A DNA stretch of 64,000 nucleotides from assembly GCF_009914755.1 (NCBI RefSeq), contig NC_060925.1. The stretch is one strand, 5' to 3'. A program made the translations under genes and the position numbers. The notes below the pieces were generated by a model, which saw only the letters and a program-made list of their open reading frames with translations, was not told where the DNA came from and searched no databases. Shown piece by piece: positions 1 to 16,860 of the stretch (its first letter is position 1; the number at the start of each line of letters is the position of its first letter). The stretch comes from the human T2T-CHM13v2.0 reference genome, Homo sapiens.

Positions 1-2111
<2,111 letters not shown>

Positions 2112-2334
2112 TTTTATTATAATGATAAATCTTTTGATTCTTTACATTGTTGCCTCAACCCTATCACTTACAAATATTTTTCCTAGATTAGTCTCTATTG
2201 TCACTACTCTTTGAAATATAAAAGTGTACATTTTAAAAGTTAAACTAATTTAGATAAATATTTTTGTACATGAATTTAATCATAAAAATTAAGTGCTAAA
2301 TTTACAAAACTTACAAAAATATAGGCAGTGTGGT

Positions 2335-2460
2335 AATTGCTTTACATAAATTATCTCAAATAATTTCTACAACAACATCCTGAATTCAAATCTGTTACTA
2401 TCACCATTTTGGGGATGATGAATCTCAGACTTAGAGAGTTATTAAATAAGTTGCTCCAAT
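2335..2460 (-). mobile_element. MIR SINE fragment
   Basis: 'ttatctcaaataatttctacaacaacatcctga...tcaccattttggggatgatgaatctcagacttagagagtt' resembles the reverse-complement MIR core. Confidence 0.6.
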
Positions 2461-4675
2461 AATTTATGTTAGATGACTTGATACATTGCAATGGATTATT
2501 GTGGACTCATGTACATTCATCACAGGATCACAGATGTGTGGTGCTATGACTCAAATTTCCTGAATACCCATGAAGAAGAGACTAAACTGAAAGATACCTG
2601 TTTTTCAAAAACAAAGCCTTTTGTGGAAAGTGACTGTATGACCCCCTATTATAGTCTGTTTCACCCTAAATAGAGGGAATTTTGTGATATTATAGAGAAC
2701 TATTTGAAGAACTTAAGGATGCTTTAACATTAAAGCACATATCAACATTTGTTTCAGACTTATTTTTTCTTTCTAGACATTGTGTTGCACTGTCCAAAAA
2801 AAAGAGGTATTTTATCATACAGAGATAGGCCTAGAGCTAATGTGCTCCACACATCTGTCACTGACATAGGAACTAGTCAATTGAGAGAAATGTTAGTGAA
2901 CTAAAAACAAGGCTTAGAAAAGCTTTCAAGAGATCTAGCAGCACTGAACTTGCTGAGAAAGGTGTGGAAGTATAAGCCCCAAATGACTCAACTGAAATCC
3001 CTGTAGAGATTTGAACCAACTGTAGTCAGAAATACAAAGTAGAAGCGGTGGAAAACAGGAAAAATGAAAAGTAAATGGTAACATAAAGCAAACAGACTCA
3101 AATTTGAGATCAAAAGTATATAATTCAATTGCAGGCGAAGAGTATATCATTCAATTGCAGGTGAAGGGAAAAATAGAGTGGCTAAAGTTTGATCATAATA
3201 GGGCACTTAATATGACAAAAATCCCTGAATAGATAGGGATATGGAGATAATAGGGTTTTTTTACATACAATATTTACCTATTTAAATGATCAAATATTTC
3301 CAATTTTATATGAAATTGGTTGGGGAGAACAGTTGAAAGATATCTATGAGTATAAAATGAAAGACATTTGTAAAGTCTGTGTTATAAAACCTGAGCTATG
3401 CCAAGAGGAGTCTGAGTTAAAAAGGTAATTGTTCATAATTGATTAGTGTTTGGAAAAGTATTATTAAAACACCTTGCAATTTTCATAACTGTGAATAATA
3501 GTAAACAAAGTTGTGCATTTTTTAAATTGGAGATTATTTTTTAAGAGCAGTTTTAGGTTTACAGAAAAGTGGAAAGGAAGTTACAGAAATTTCCCATATT
3601 CCCCCTGACCCCACACATGCACAGCCTTCCTCATTATCAATAACCTCCACAGGAGTGGAGCCTACATTGACACATCACTATCACCCAAAATTCATAGTTT
3701 ACATTAGAGTTCACTGTCAATTTCATGCATTCTGTGGGTTGGGACAAACGTATGATAACATGTATCCACCATTATAGTATCATACGCAGTATTTTCACTG
3801 CCCTCCGCTCCTCCTATTTATCCCTCCCTGCTGTCACACCAAACCCTGGAAGGCAGTGATTCTTTTCACTGTCTCCTCAGTTTTGCCTTTTTAAGAATCT
3901 AATGTAGTTGGGAATATACAGTATGTAGTCTTTTCTGATTGGCTTCTTTCACTTAGTAATATACATTTAAGTTCCTCCTTGTTTTATCATGGCTGGACAG
4001 CTCATTTATTTTTAGCATTGAATAATATTTCATTGCCTGGATGTATCACAGTATCTCTGTTCATCTACTGATGGACATCTTGGTTGCTTCCAAATTTGGG
4101 AACTTATGCATAAAGCTGCTGTAAACATCTGTGTGCAGGTTTTTGTGAAGACCTATGTTTTCCAGTCTTTTGGGTAAATACCGAGTGCAATTACTGGATT
4201 CTTTGGTAAGAAGAGGTTTAGTTTTGTGAGAAACAGTCATTGAAAGAGGTTGTACCATTTTGCATTCTCATGACCAATGAGTGAGAGTTTCTGCTATTCT
4301 ACATCATTGCCAGCATTTGGTGTTGTCAAGATTCTGGATTTTGTCCATTTTAATAGATGTGTAGTGGTATTTCACTGTTGTTTTAATTTTAATTTTCCTG
4401 ATAACATATGATATGGAGCATCTTTTATATGCTCATTTGCCATCTGTGTATCTTCTTTGATGTGGTATCTGTTAAGGCCTTTGGCCACTTTTCAATCAGT
4501 TTTTTTTGTTTTCTTTTCTTGTTTTTTTTTTTTTTTTTTTTACTGTGAAGTTTTAAGAGTGTGTTGTATGTTTCAAATAACAGTCCTTTATCACAAGTGT
4601 CTTTTGCAAATATTTTTTCCCAGTCTACAGTTGGTCTTATCATTCTATTGTCTTTCACATAGCTGAAGCTTCTAA

Positions 4676-4967
<292 letters not shown>

Positions 4968-5191
4968 AGAAGTTTCTAATTTTACTGAAATCAAGCTTAT
5001 TAATTATTTCTTTCATGAATCATGCCTTTTATGTTGTATCTAAAAAGTCACCCTCATACTCAAGGTCATCTAGGATTTCTCTTACGTTGTCTATTAGGAG
5101 TTCTTATTTAAAGTTTTGTGTGCTGCATTTAGGTCTATGATCAATTTGGAGTTAATTTTTGTGAAGAATGTAACTTCTGTGACTAGATTTA

Positions 5192-5447
5192 TTTTTTCTT
5201 TTCTCCCTCCTCCCTCCCTCCCTTCTTTCCTTTCTTCCTTCCCTCTCTCCCTCCCTCTCTCCCTCCCTCCTTCCCTCCCTCCCTCCTTCCCTCCCTCCTT
5301 CCCTCCCTCCTTCCCTCCCTCCTTCCCTCGTTCCCTCCTTCCCTCCTTCCTTCCATCTTTCCTTCCTTCATTTCCTTTTTTTCCTTTTCTTTCCCTCCGT
5401 CCCTTCCTCCCTCCCTTTTTTCTTTTCTTTTTATTCTTTCTCTTTTA
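5192..5447. repeat. Polypyrimidine (CCTT/CCCT)n low-complexity tract
   Basis: About 250 bp of almost pure C/T, e.g. (ccctcctt)n-type units. Confidence 0.95.
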
Positions 5448-8400
5448 ACATGTGAATGTCCCATAATTCTAGCACCATTTGTTTAAAATGATCTTTGCTC
5501 CATTGTTTTGCCTTTGTGTTTTTGTCAAAGACCAGTTAATTATATCTGTGTACAAGTCTATTTCTGGGCTCTCTATTCTGTTACACCAAGCTGTTTATCT
5601 ACCTTTTGCCAGCGTAACACCGATATGGCTTAAAGTAGGGTAGTGTCAGTCCTCCGACATTTTTTTTCATTCTCTTTCACCATTGTTTTGGCTATCCTGG
5701 GTCTTTTGCTTCTCTGTAGAAACTTTAGAATTGGTTTGTTGATATCCACAACTTAACTTGCTGGTATTTTGATTGGGAATTACATTGAATCTATAGATCA
5801 AGTTGGGATGAATTGACATATTGACAATGCTGACTCTTCCTATCTGTGAACATAGACAGTCTCTACATTTATTTAGTTCTTGGATTTCCTTCATCAGAGT
5901 ATTTGTAATTTTCCTTATATAGATCTTGTACATATTTTGTTAGATACATAGCTAAGTATTTCATTTTGGGGGGTGTCAATGTAGATGGTATTGTGTTTTT
6001 CATTTCAAATTTTACTTCTTCATTGCTAGAAATTTAGGTAAATTATTGATTTTTCTATATTAACCTTATATCCTGCAACCTTGCTATAATCACTTCTTAG
6101 GTTTTTTTATTTTTAATTTTTGTGGGTATATGGTGTATATATTTATGGGGTACATGAGATATTTTGATACGGGCATGCAATATAAAAGAAACACATTATG
6201 AAGCATTTGTCCATTGAGTTGCAAACAATCCAATTATACTAATATTCCAAATATACCAATATTCCAACATAATCCAATATACCAATATTCCAAACATGGA
6301 AAAATATTTTTCCATTTTTTGTTGTGATTACTCTATGCGATATAAAATGTACAGTTAAATTATTATTGACTATAGTCACCATGTTGTACTAGAAAACACT
6401 AGGTCTTATTCATTCTTTCTAACTATTTTTTTTTGTACCCATTAACCATTGCCACCTCCCCATTAGACCCTCACCACCCTTCCCAGCTTCTGGTAACCAT
6501 TTTTCTACTCTCTATGTCCATGAGTTCAATTGTTTTGATTTTTAGATCCCACAAATAAGTGAGAACATACAGTGTTTGCCTTTCTGTGCCTGGCTTAATT
6601 CACTTAACCTAATGATCACCAGTTCCATCCATGTTTTTGCAAATGACTGGATCTCATTCTTTTTTATGGCTGAATATACTTCATTGTGTATATGTACCAC
6701 ATTTTTTTCATCCATTCGTCTGTTGATGGACACTTACGTTGCTTCCAAATCTTAGCTATAATAAACAGTACTGCAACAAACATAGGAGTGCAGATATCTC
6801 TTTGATATACGGGTTCCCTTTCTTTTGGGTATATACCCAGCAGTGAGACTGTGGGATCATATAGTAGCTCAATTTTTAGTTTTGTGAGGAACCTACAAAC
6901 TGTTCTTCATAGTGACAGTACTAATTTACATTCCAAGCAACAGTGTACAAGGGTTCCTTTTTTCTCCACATCCTCTCCAGCCTTTGTTATTGCCTGTTTT
7001 GGACAAAAGCCATTTTACCTGTGGTAAGATGATATCTCATTGTAGTTTTGATTTGCATTTCTCTGATGATCAGTGATATTGGGCACATTTTTATATGCCT
7101 GTTTGCCATTTTTATGTCTTCTTTTGAGAAATGTCTATTCAAATCTTTTGCCCAATTTGATTGGATTATTAGATATTTTCCTATAGAGTTGTTTGAGATC
7201 CTTGTATATTCTGGTTATTAATCCCTTGTCAGATGGGTAGTTTGCAAATATTTTCTTGCATTCCATGAGTTGTCTCTTCACTTTGTTGACTGTAACCTTT
7301 GCTATGCAGAAACCCTTTCACTTGACTTGATCCCATTTGTTCACTTTTGCTTAGGTTGCCTGTGTTTGTGGGTAATGAGATCAAAGCATCTCAAGAAATA
7401 TTTGCCCAGACAAATGTCCTGAAGATTTTCCTCAATGTTTCCTTGAGGTAGTTTCATAGTTTGAGGTCTTAAATTTAAGTCTTTAATTCATTTTGACTTG
7501 ATTTTTGTATATGAGAAGACATAGGGATCTAGTTTCATTCATTTCATTTTTCTGCATATAGATATCCAGTTTTCCAAGCACCATTTGATTGAAGAGACTC
7601 TCTTTTCCACAGTGTATGATCTTGGCACCTTTGTTGAAAATGAACTCACTATAGGTATGTGGATTCGTTTCTGGGTTCTTTATTCTGCTCCATTGGTCTA
7701 TGTGTCTGTTTGCATGGCAGTACCATGCTGTTTGGTTACTATAGCTCTGTAGTTTTTAAAGTCAGGTAATGTAATTCCTTCCATTTTGTTCTTATTGCTT
7801 AGGATAGCTTTGGCTATGATGGGTTTTTGTGGTTCCATATAAATTTTAGGATAGTCGTTTCTGTTTCTGTGAAGACTGTCATTATTTTGATAGGGATTAC
7901 ACTGAGTTTGCAGATTGCTTTGGGTAGTATGGATATTTTAAGAATATTGGTTCTTCAAATCCCTAAACATAAAATATTTTTCCATTTTTTATTGTCCTCT
8001 TCAATTTCTTTTATCAGTGTTTTATAGTTTTGTTATAGAGATCTTTCACTTCTTTGGTTAATTCCTAGGTATTCAATTTTATTTGTGGCCATTTTAAGTG
8101 GGATTACTTTTTTATTTCTTTTTCAGATTGTTTATGGTTGACATATGGAAATGCTACTGATTTTTGTATGTTGATTTTGTATCCTGCAACTTTACCTCAT
8201 TTGTTTATTAGCTTTAGTAGTTTTCTTGTGGAGTGTTAGGTTTTTCCAAGTATAAGATCATATCATCTCCAAATAAGAATGTTTTGACTTCTTCCTTCCA
8301 ATCTGGAAGCCCTTTATATCTTTCTCTTGTCGGATTGTTCTAGCTAGTACTTTCAGTACGATGTTGAATAACAGTGGTGACAGTGGCTATCCTTGTAATG

Positions 8401-10475
8401 TTCCATATCTTAGAGAAAAAGCTTTCAGTTTTTTCCCATTAAGTATAATATTAACTTTGAGTTTGTCTTATATGGCTTTTATTAGGTTGAGGTATGTTCC
8501 TTATATATGCAGTTTTCTGAGGATTTTTATCATGAAGTTATGTCGAATTTTATCAAATGCTATTTTGGCATAAATTGAAATGATCAGTTTTTAATTCTTC
8601 ATTCTGTTGCTGTGATGTATCACATTGATTGATTTACATATGTCGAACTATCTTTGTATCCCAAGAATAAATCCCATTTGGTCATGATGAATGGCCATTC
8701 TAATGTATTATCAAATTCAGTTTGCTAGTATTTTGTTGAGGATTTTTACATCAATATTTACCAGATATATTGGCCTTCAGTTTTCTTATTTTTTTCTTTT
8801 TTGTTATGTCTTTGGTTTTAGTATCAGGGTGATACTGCTCTTGTAGAGTAAGTTTGGAAGTATTCCCTCCTCCTCTGTTTTTTGGAGGGGTTGGTATTAG
8901 TTCTTTAAATGGTTGGTAGCATTCAGCAGTGAAAACATAGGAACTCAGGCTTTCCTTTACTGGGAAAATTTTTATTACAGCTTTGATCTCATTACTTGTT
9001 ATTGGTTTGTTCAGGTTTTGGATTTCTTCCTGGCTCAGTCTTGGTAGGTTGTATGTATCTAGGAACTTTTCCATTTCTTCTAGATTTTCCAATTTATTAT
9101 CATATAATTGCTCATAGTAGCCACTAATGATGCTTTGAATTTCTGCAGTATCAATTGCAATATCTCCTTTTTCATCTCTGATTTTATTTATTTGGATCTT
9201 CTCTCTTTTTTTCTTAGTTAGTCTGGAGAAAGTTTTGTCAATTTTGTTTAACTTTTCAAGAAAAGCTTTTTGGTTCATTCATATTTGTGGTTTTTTTTCA
9301 TTTCAATTTCATTTGTTTCTGCTCTGATCTTTATTATTTCTTTTCTTCTACTAATTTTGGGTTTTGTTTGCTCTTGCTTTTATAGTTTTTTAAGGTGCAT
9401 CATTTAATTGTTTATTTGAAGGTTTTCCTCTTTTTTGATGTAGGCACTTACAGCTATAAACTTTCCTCTTAGTACTGTTTTTGCTTTATTACAAAGGTTT
9501 GGATATGTTGTGTTTCTGTTATGATTTGTTTCTAAGAATTTTTCAATTTCCTCCTTAATTTCTTCATTGGCTTACTGTTCCATCAGGAACATATTGTTTA
9601 ATTTTCATGTATTTGTATAGTTTCCAAAATTTCTCTTATTATTAATTTCTAGCTTAATTCCATTGTGGTAAGAGAAGATGCTTAATATTATTTCATTTTT
9701 TGAATGTCATAATAATTTTTTGTGACCTACATATGATCTATCCTTGAGAATGATCCATGTGCTGAGGAAAAAAAATGTATATTCTGCAGCTCTTGAATGA
9801 AATGTTCTGTAAATATCTATTAGATCTGTTTGGTTTATAGTGCAGATTAAGTCTGATGTTTCTTTGTTAATTTTCTGTCTGCAAGATCTGTCCAATGCTG
9901 AGAGTAGGGTGTTGAAGTCTCCAGTAACTATTGTATTGGGGCTCATCTCTTTCTTTAGCTCTAATAACATTTTCCTTTATATATCTGGGTGCTTCAGTGT
10001 TTCTTTAGCTTTAATAACACCGTCTTTATATATCTGGGTCTTCAGTATATTTAAAATTGCTATATCCTCTTGTTAAATTGACTCCTTTATCATTATATAA
10101 TGACTTTTTTTGCCTCTTCTTACAGTTTGTGTCTTGAAATCTATGTTGGCTGTTGTAAGTATAAATACTCCTGCTCTTTTTTGGTTTCCATTGGCATAGA
10201 ATATCTTTTTCCATCCCTTTGTTTTCAGTGTGTTTGTGTCTTTATATGTGAAGTGTGTTTCTTGAAGGCAGCAGATCAATGGGTCTTGTTTTTTCATCCA
10301 TTCAGCTAGTCTATTTCTTTTGATTGAAGAATTTAGCCTGTTTGCATTCATTGTTATTATTGATAAGTAAGAACTTACTCCTGCCATTTTAGTATTTGTT
10401 TTGTGGTTGTTTTGTGGTCTTCTCTTCTTACTTTCCTTTCTGTCTTTCTTTAGTAAAGCTGATTTTCTCTGGTGA

Positions 10476-10791
<316 letters not shown>

Positions 10792-13769
10792 TGGTTTAGC
10801 TTCTTATTTTTTTGTTTATCTGTTGTATGTTTTTTGACTTGAGGTTACCATGAGCATTGTAATACTATCTTTTAACCTATTATTTTAACCTGGTAACAAC
10901 TTAACACCATTTGCTTAAACTAACAAAAACTCTCCTTAACTTTGTCCCCCTGCTTTTTAACATTTTGTTGTTTCTATAAATATTATGTTTTACTATGACT
11001 TGAAAAGTTGTTGTAGTTATTCTTTTTAATTGGTTTATTGTTTAGTGTTTCCACAGAGTCGTTTCACACCACAGTTACAATGTTATAATATTTTGTGTTT
11101 TTCTGTGTACTGACTTTTATCAATAAGTTTTGTACCTCTGGTGATTATTTATTGCTCATTAATGTCCTTTTCTTTCTGACTAAAGTGCTGTCTTTAGCAT
11201 TTCTTGTAGGATGGGTCTAGTGTTGATGACATTCCTCAGCTTTCGTTTGTTGGGAACTTCTCCTCCTTCATGTTTGAAGAATACTTTCACTGCACATACC
11301 ATTCTAGGGAAAAAGATTTTTTTCCTTCAGCACTTTAAATATGTTATGCCACTCTCTCCTGGCCTGTAAGGTTTCCACTGAAAAGGCTGGTGCCAGATGA
11401 ATTGGAGCTTCATTGTATGTTATTTGTTTATTTTCTCTTGCTGCTTTTAGGATCCTTTCTTATCTTTGGCCTTTGGGAGTTTGATTATTAAATACCTTGA
11501 GGTAATCTTCTTTAGATTAAACTGCTTTGTGTTTGATAACTTTCTTGTACTTGAATATTGATATTTTTCTCTGGGTTTGGAAAATTCTCTATTATCCCTT
11601 TGAATGACATTTCTACCCGTATCTCTTTCTTTACCTCCTCTTTAAGGCCAACAACTCTTAGATTTGCCCTTTTTGCAGTTATTTTCTAGATCCTGTAGGT
11701 TTGCTTCATCTTTTTAAATCTTTTTTCTTTTGTCTCCTCTGACTGTGTATTTTCAAATAGCCTGTCTTCAAGCTCACTAATCCTTTCTTCTGCTTGATCT
11801 ATTGCTTTATTAAAGGACTCTGATGCATTCTTCAGTATGTTAATTGCATTTTTCAGCTCCAGAATTTCTGCTTGATTCTTTTAAATTATTTCAATCTCTG
11901 TTAAATTTATCTGATGGAATATCAGATTTCTTCTCTATATTCTCTTGAATTTCTTTGAGTTTCCTCAACACAGCTATTTTGAATTATGTCTGAAAGGTCA
12001 CATATCTCTGTTTTTCCAGGATTGGTCACTGGTACCTTATTTAGTTCATTTGATGTGGTCATGTTTTTCTGGATGTTGTTGATGCTAATACATGTTCTCT
12101 GGTGTCTGGGCATTGAACTGTTAGTCATTTATTTTAGTCTTTACTGTCTTGGCTTATTTGCGACTGTCCTTCTTGAGAAGATTTTTCAGGAATTTGAAAG
12201 GTCTTGAGTGTTGTGATCTAATTTGCTTCTGCTTTAGGGGGTTCCCCAGGCCCAGTACAGATTCATAGAGGTACTGCCTTAATGGTCTTAGACAAGATCT
12301 GGAATTCTCTGGATTACCAGGCAGAGACTCTTGTTCTCTTGTCTTACTTTCTTCCAAACATACAAGTCTCTTTCTCTGTTCTGAGTCACCTGAAGCTCAG
12401 AGTGGAGTGACACAAGCACCTGTGTGGCCACTACCACTATTATTGCACTGGGCCAGACATAAATCCAGGATAGCACTGGGTCTTGCCCAAGGCCTGCTGT
12501 AACCACTCCCTGGCTACTGTCTATGTTTTTGTTCAAGGTCCAGGGGCTGTATAATAGGCAGGGGGTAAAGCCAGCCAGGCCTGTGTCCTTCCCTTCAGAG
12601 CAGTGAGGTCCCCCAAGTCCTGGGTGGGTCCAGAAGTGCTGTTCAGGAGTCAGGGACTTAAATGAAAAACCTAGAATTCTACCTGGTATTTTATGGTAGT
12701 GCAGCTGAGCTGTCACTCACCACACAAGAGGCAGTCTTTCCCACTTTTCCCTCCCCTTTCCAAAGGCACAGGAGCCTCACCCTGTGGCCACCAACAACCC
12801 TTGGCTACAAGGAGTACTGCCAGACTACCACCAATGTTCCCTTTAGGCCCAAGGTCTCTTAAGTTAACTTGGGGTGAATGCTGCCTGGCCTGGGACTTAC
12901 CCTTCAGGGCAGCGGGCTTTTCTCTAGCCCAGGGCAGGTCTACAAATGCCATTCAAGAGTCAAGTCCTGGAATCAGAGACCTCAAGAGCATGCTTGGTTC
13001 TTTACTCCCTGTTGTTGTGTTGGTACCTAAGGTGCAAGACAAATTCCCCTTTATTTTTCCCTCTGCTTTTCTCAAGCAGAAGGAGTTTTTCCCTTTAACT
13101 ATCATAGCAGGTAACATGCTATGTCTCACCTGAAGCCAGCAATTCTCAGATGCTCACTCACAACACTTGATATAGTAGCTGGGTATTGTTTCTTGTTATT
13201 CAGGGCCCACAGTCTCTTCAGTTAGCAGGTGATGAGTGTTGCTAGAACTGAATCCTTTCCTTCAAGGCAGCGGGTTCTCTTCTGGCCTGGGATCTGGTCT
13301 AGAAATGTTGTCTGGGAGCTAAGGCCTGGAATGGGGACCTCGTGACTCTGATTGGTGCCATCTCCCGCTCTGGCTGAGCTGGTATCCAAGATGCAAGACA
13401 AAGTCCTCCCCATTCTTCCCTCTCGTCTCTTCAAGTGGAAAGAAGGGGTCTATTTTGGAGTTGCAAACTACAGCCTGGAGCTAGAGGAGGGGTGATGCCA
13501 GCACTCCCTTGGCTGCCCCTGCTAGTGTCTCAGTATGTCATATACCCTCCCAGTCCACTGCCTCTGGGCCTAGTTCACCCCTAGGACTTGCCTAAGAGTT
13601 TCAGTCCTTATGGCCTAGACTGCCTTTCAAGTTTACTTAGAGACCAAGAGCACTCTGGCTTTAGGTGGCATGAAGTTTGCGGGCACTCAAGTTCTGATGG
13701 CTGGGATTGGCAATTCCCCTCTGGATAGGGCTGGTTTAAATGCTCCCTCTGTGGCTGGATGCCAGCTGA

Positions 13770-14019
<250 letters not shown>

Positions 14020-16122
14020 TTGATCTAGCATTTCTAAGTGTTCTAACAGAATAGCCCTGTTAATTGCCTCACAATTGCTGCATTCCCCATTCCTCAGGGC
14101 CCAGAGATGCTCTCTCTGTACCACACAGCTACTCTGAGGAGTTGGGAGAGGGGATTCAGGACTGTTTCTTCCATCTCTTCAGTGCCTCTTTCAGCCATAC
14201 AAAGTTAAACCAGGTGGTATGTGTGCTCACCTGATATTTTGTTCTAATGAAGGTGTTTTTTCTGTGGAGATAGTTGTTAACTTGCTGCTCTTGCAGGGGA
14301 AGGATTGGTGGAGATTTCTGTTCAGCCATCTTGCTCCACCTCCTCCTTCTTTGTTTTTGCCAATTCTTTAATATTGTCTTCAGAGACAATCGTATCATCT
14401 GTGAACAAAGACAGTTTTCTTTCTTCCTTCCCAGTCTTTATATTTCCTTTTTTATTTTACTACATTAGCTAGGACTTGCTGTACAATGCTGAAACAAAGT
14501 GAAGAGAGGGTGCACCCTTGCCTTTTTCCCAATCTTGATGGGGAAGCTTCCAGTTTCTTACCATTGAATATGTTATTAGCTGTAGTTTGTGTGTGTATGT
14601 ATGTAAATATTTTTTATCAAGATGAGAAAGTTCATCTCTCCTCCTAGATTATTAAGAGTTTTTATTATTAATGGCTACTGGATTTTGTCAAATGCTTTTT
14701 CTGTATTTGTTGATATGATCATGTGGTTACTCTTTTGCAATCTGTATATATGATGAATTGTATTAACTAATTTTCAAGTATTGAAGCAGTCTTACATACC
14801 TGAGACAAATGTATATATTTCTATACTTGTATTGATTGATCCTGGCATTTTTTAATACATTGTCAGGTTCAATTTACTTACAATTTAATACATTTGTTGG
14901 ATTCAAAACTACTATTTTGTTGAAGACTTTTGCATCTATGTTCATGACAAATATTGGTCTGTAGTTTTATTGTCTTCCAAGGCCTTTATCAGTTTTTGTT
15001 ATTAGGATAATACTGGACTCACAGAATGAGTTAGGAAATCTTCCCTTTGCTTCTGTCTTCTGAAAGAGATGATCAAGAATTGGTATAATTTATTTTTTAA
15101 ATATTTGGTAAAATTTACTAATAAACTGATCTGGAGTTTGTGCTTTCCATTTTGGAAGATTATTAATTGTTGATTCAACTTCTTTAATGCACATAGGCCT
15201 ACTAAGGTTGTGTATTTCTTCTTATGTGAGTTTTAAAAGATTGTTTTTCTCAACAAATTTGTCTATTTCATCTAGGTTAACAAATTTGTGGGCATAGAGT
15301 TGTTCATTGTATTCCTATATTATCCTTTTTGTGTCCATGGAATGTGTAGTGATGTTCCCTTTTTCATTTCTGATTTTAGCCATGTGGTGATGTTCTCTCT
15401 TTTATGTTTGATATTATTAATTTTTGTCCTCACTCTCTCTCTTTTTTAGTTAGCAAAGCCAGATGCTTATCAATTTTATAGATCTTTTCAAAGAACCAGC
15501 TTTTGTTTTTATTGACTTTCTTTATTGAGTTTCTGTGTTCAATGTTACTGATTCCTAGTCTAATTCTTATTATTTTTTTTCTTCTGTTTATTTTGAGAAC
15601 TTGGCTCAGCTCCTGGAAGTACAATTCATAAAAGTTTGTACACCTCCCCCTGCCCCCATAACTTGGTTCTCCTGGAATTTTTAACCCTCAGGCTTGTCCA
15701 CACTGAGCCTCCAGTAATTTGTCTATTACAGTTAAGGTTTTTCTATCCTCGAAATAGTTCTCATGGTATTTCTGTGAGTCTCTGCTTTCATAAGCCATGA
15801 CTTCCTGTGTTCATCACATGTTTATCTCTCATATCTTGAGGGCAGTGGATTGCCCTATGTCTTCACCTCTCTTACAAGTGCAAGAATTGTTGATTTATCA
15901 GTCTCTTCATTTACTTTTTGTTTGGGCAGAGTGGCAATCAAAGCTCCTTATATGCACAATGAGAAACTGAAAGTCTAGTTGTATAGTTTTTGTAAATTTC
16001 TTTTCTATCCTCCCTACTTCTCAAGAATGTTTCATGTGTGTGTGTATGTTTGCCAGTTTTTCCTGTCACAGGACTCTGATGCTATCTGAACTCCTAATTA
16101 TGGCTTATTAACCTAACCACAC

Positions 16123-16579
16123 TGCTATGGTTTGGATATGGTTTGTTTGGCCTCACCAAGTCTTAAGTGGTTATTAATCCCCACTGTTGGAGGTGGGGCC
16201 TGGTGGGATGTGGTTGAGTAATGGGAGTGGATTCCTCATGAATGGCTTGGTGCTGTCCTCCCAGTAATAAGTGAGTTCTCACTCCACTAGTTCCCGTAAG
16301 AGTTCTCTTGAGAGCTGGTCATTAAAGAGAGCCTGTCACTTCCCCCCATCGCACTTTTGCTTCCACTCTCTTATCATGTGATCTCTGCATGCTGGCTCTC
16401 CTTTGTCTTTTCCCATGAATGGAAGCAGCCTGATGCCCTCACCAGAAGCAAATGTTGGCTCCAGGCTTTTTGTGTAGCCTGCAGAACCATGAGCCAAATA
16501 AGCCTGTTTTAAGTAAATAAATAAATAAATAAAAATAAATTACCGAGCTTCAGGTATTCCTTTATAGTAACACAAGACA
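16123..16579 (+). mobile_element. MaLR solo LTR (MSTB-type)
   Basis: Starts 'tgctatggtttggatatggtttgtttg' and ends 'caggtattcctttatagtaacacaagaca'. 5-bp TSD cacac/catac. Confidence 0.85.
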
Positions 16580-16639
16580 CATACCATGCCAGAAATTATT
16601 TTTTTATTTCTTTTGTTTCTCCTATAAAGAGATCAGGTT

Positions 16640-16860
16640 TTAAAATCAACCAGATCTAATTAGAAACTCATGTTCTTGTTATTGCCTTATTCTTATGATT
16701 TGAGTAAGTAATGTAAGGTTTCTGGGTCTCAATTTTTTCTCTGAAAATTAAAATTAAAATATCCACCCTTTGAAGTTTATTTTTGGATTAATTAGAATAC
16801 ATATCAATATCTTGGCACACTATGTGGTATATACTGGATGTCAGTTAATATTAGACAATA
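16640..16860 (+). mobile_element. MIR SINE
   Basis: 'tgatttgagtaagtaatgtaaggtttctgggtctcaattttttctctgaaaa...cttggcacactatgtggtatatac' resembles the MIR core and 3' end. Confidence 0.55.

Noticed and set aside
3123-3166. Short direct repeats (attcaattgcaggYgaag twice; similar ones at 15.35, 21.36, 24.01 and 58.73 kb)
   Set aside because: Ordinary small tandem duplications with no further structure.
5116-5464. Pro/Ser-rich and Gly/Arg/Glu-rich ORFs
   Set aside because: Artefacts of the CT low-complexity tract.
12154-13434. Cluster of 65-146 aa ORFs on both strands
   Set aside because: They lie in the GC-richer L1MA 5'UTR, with no recognisable protein motif.
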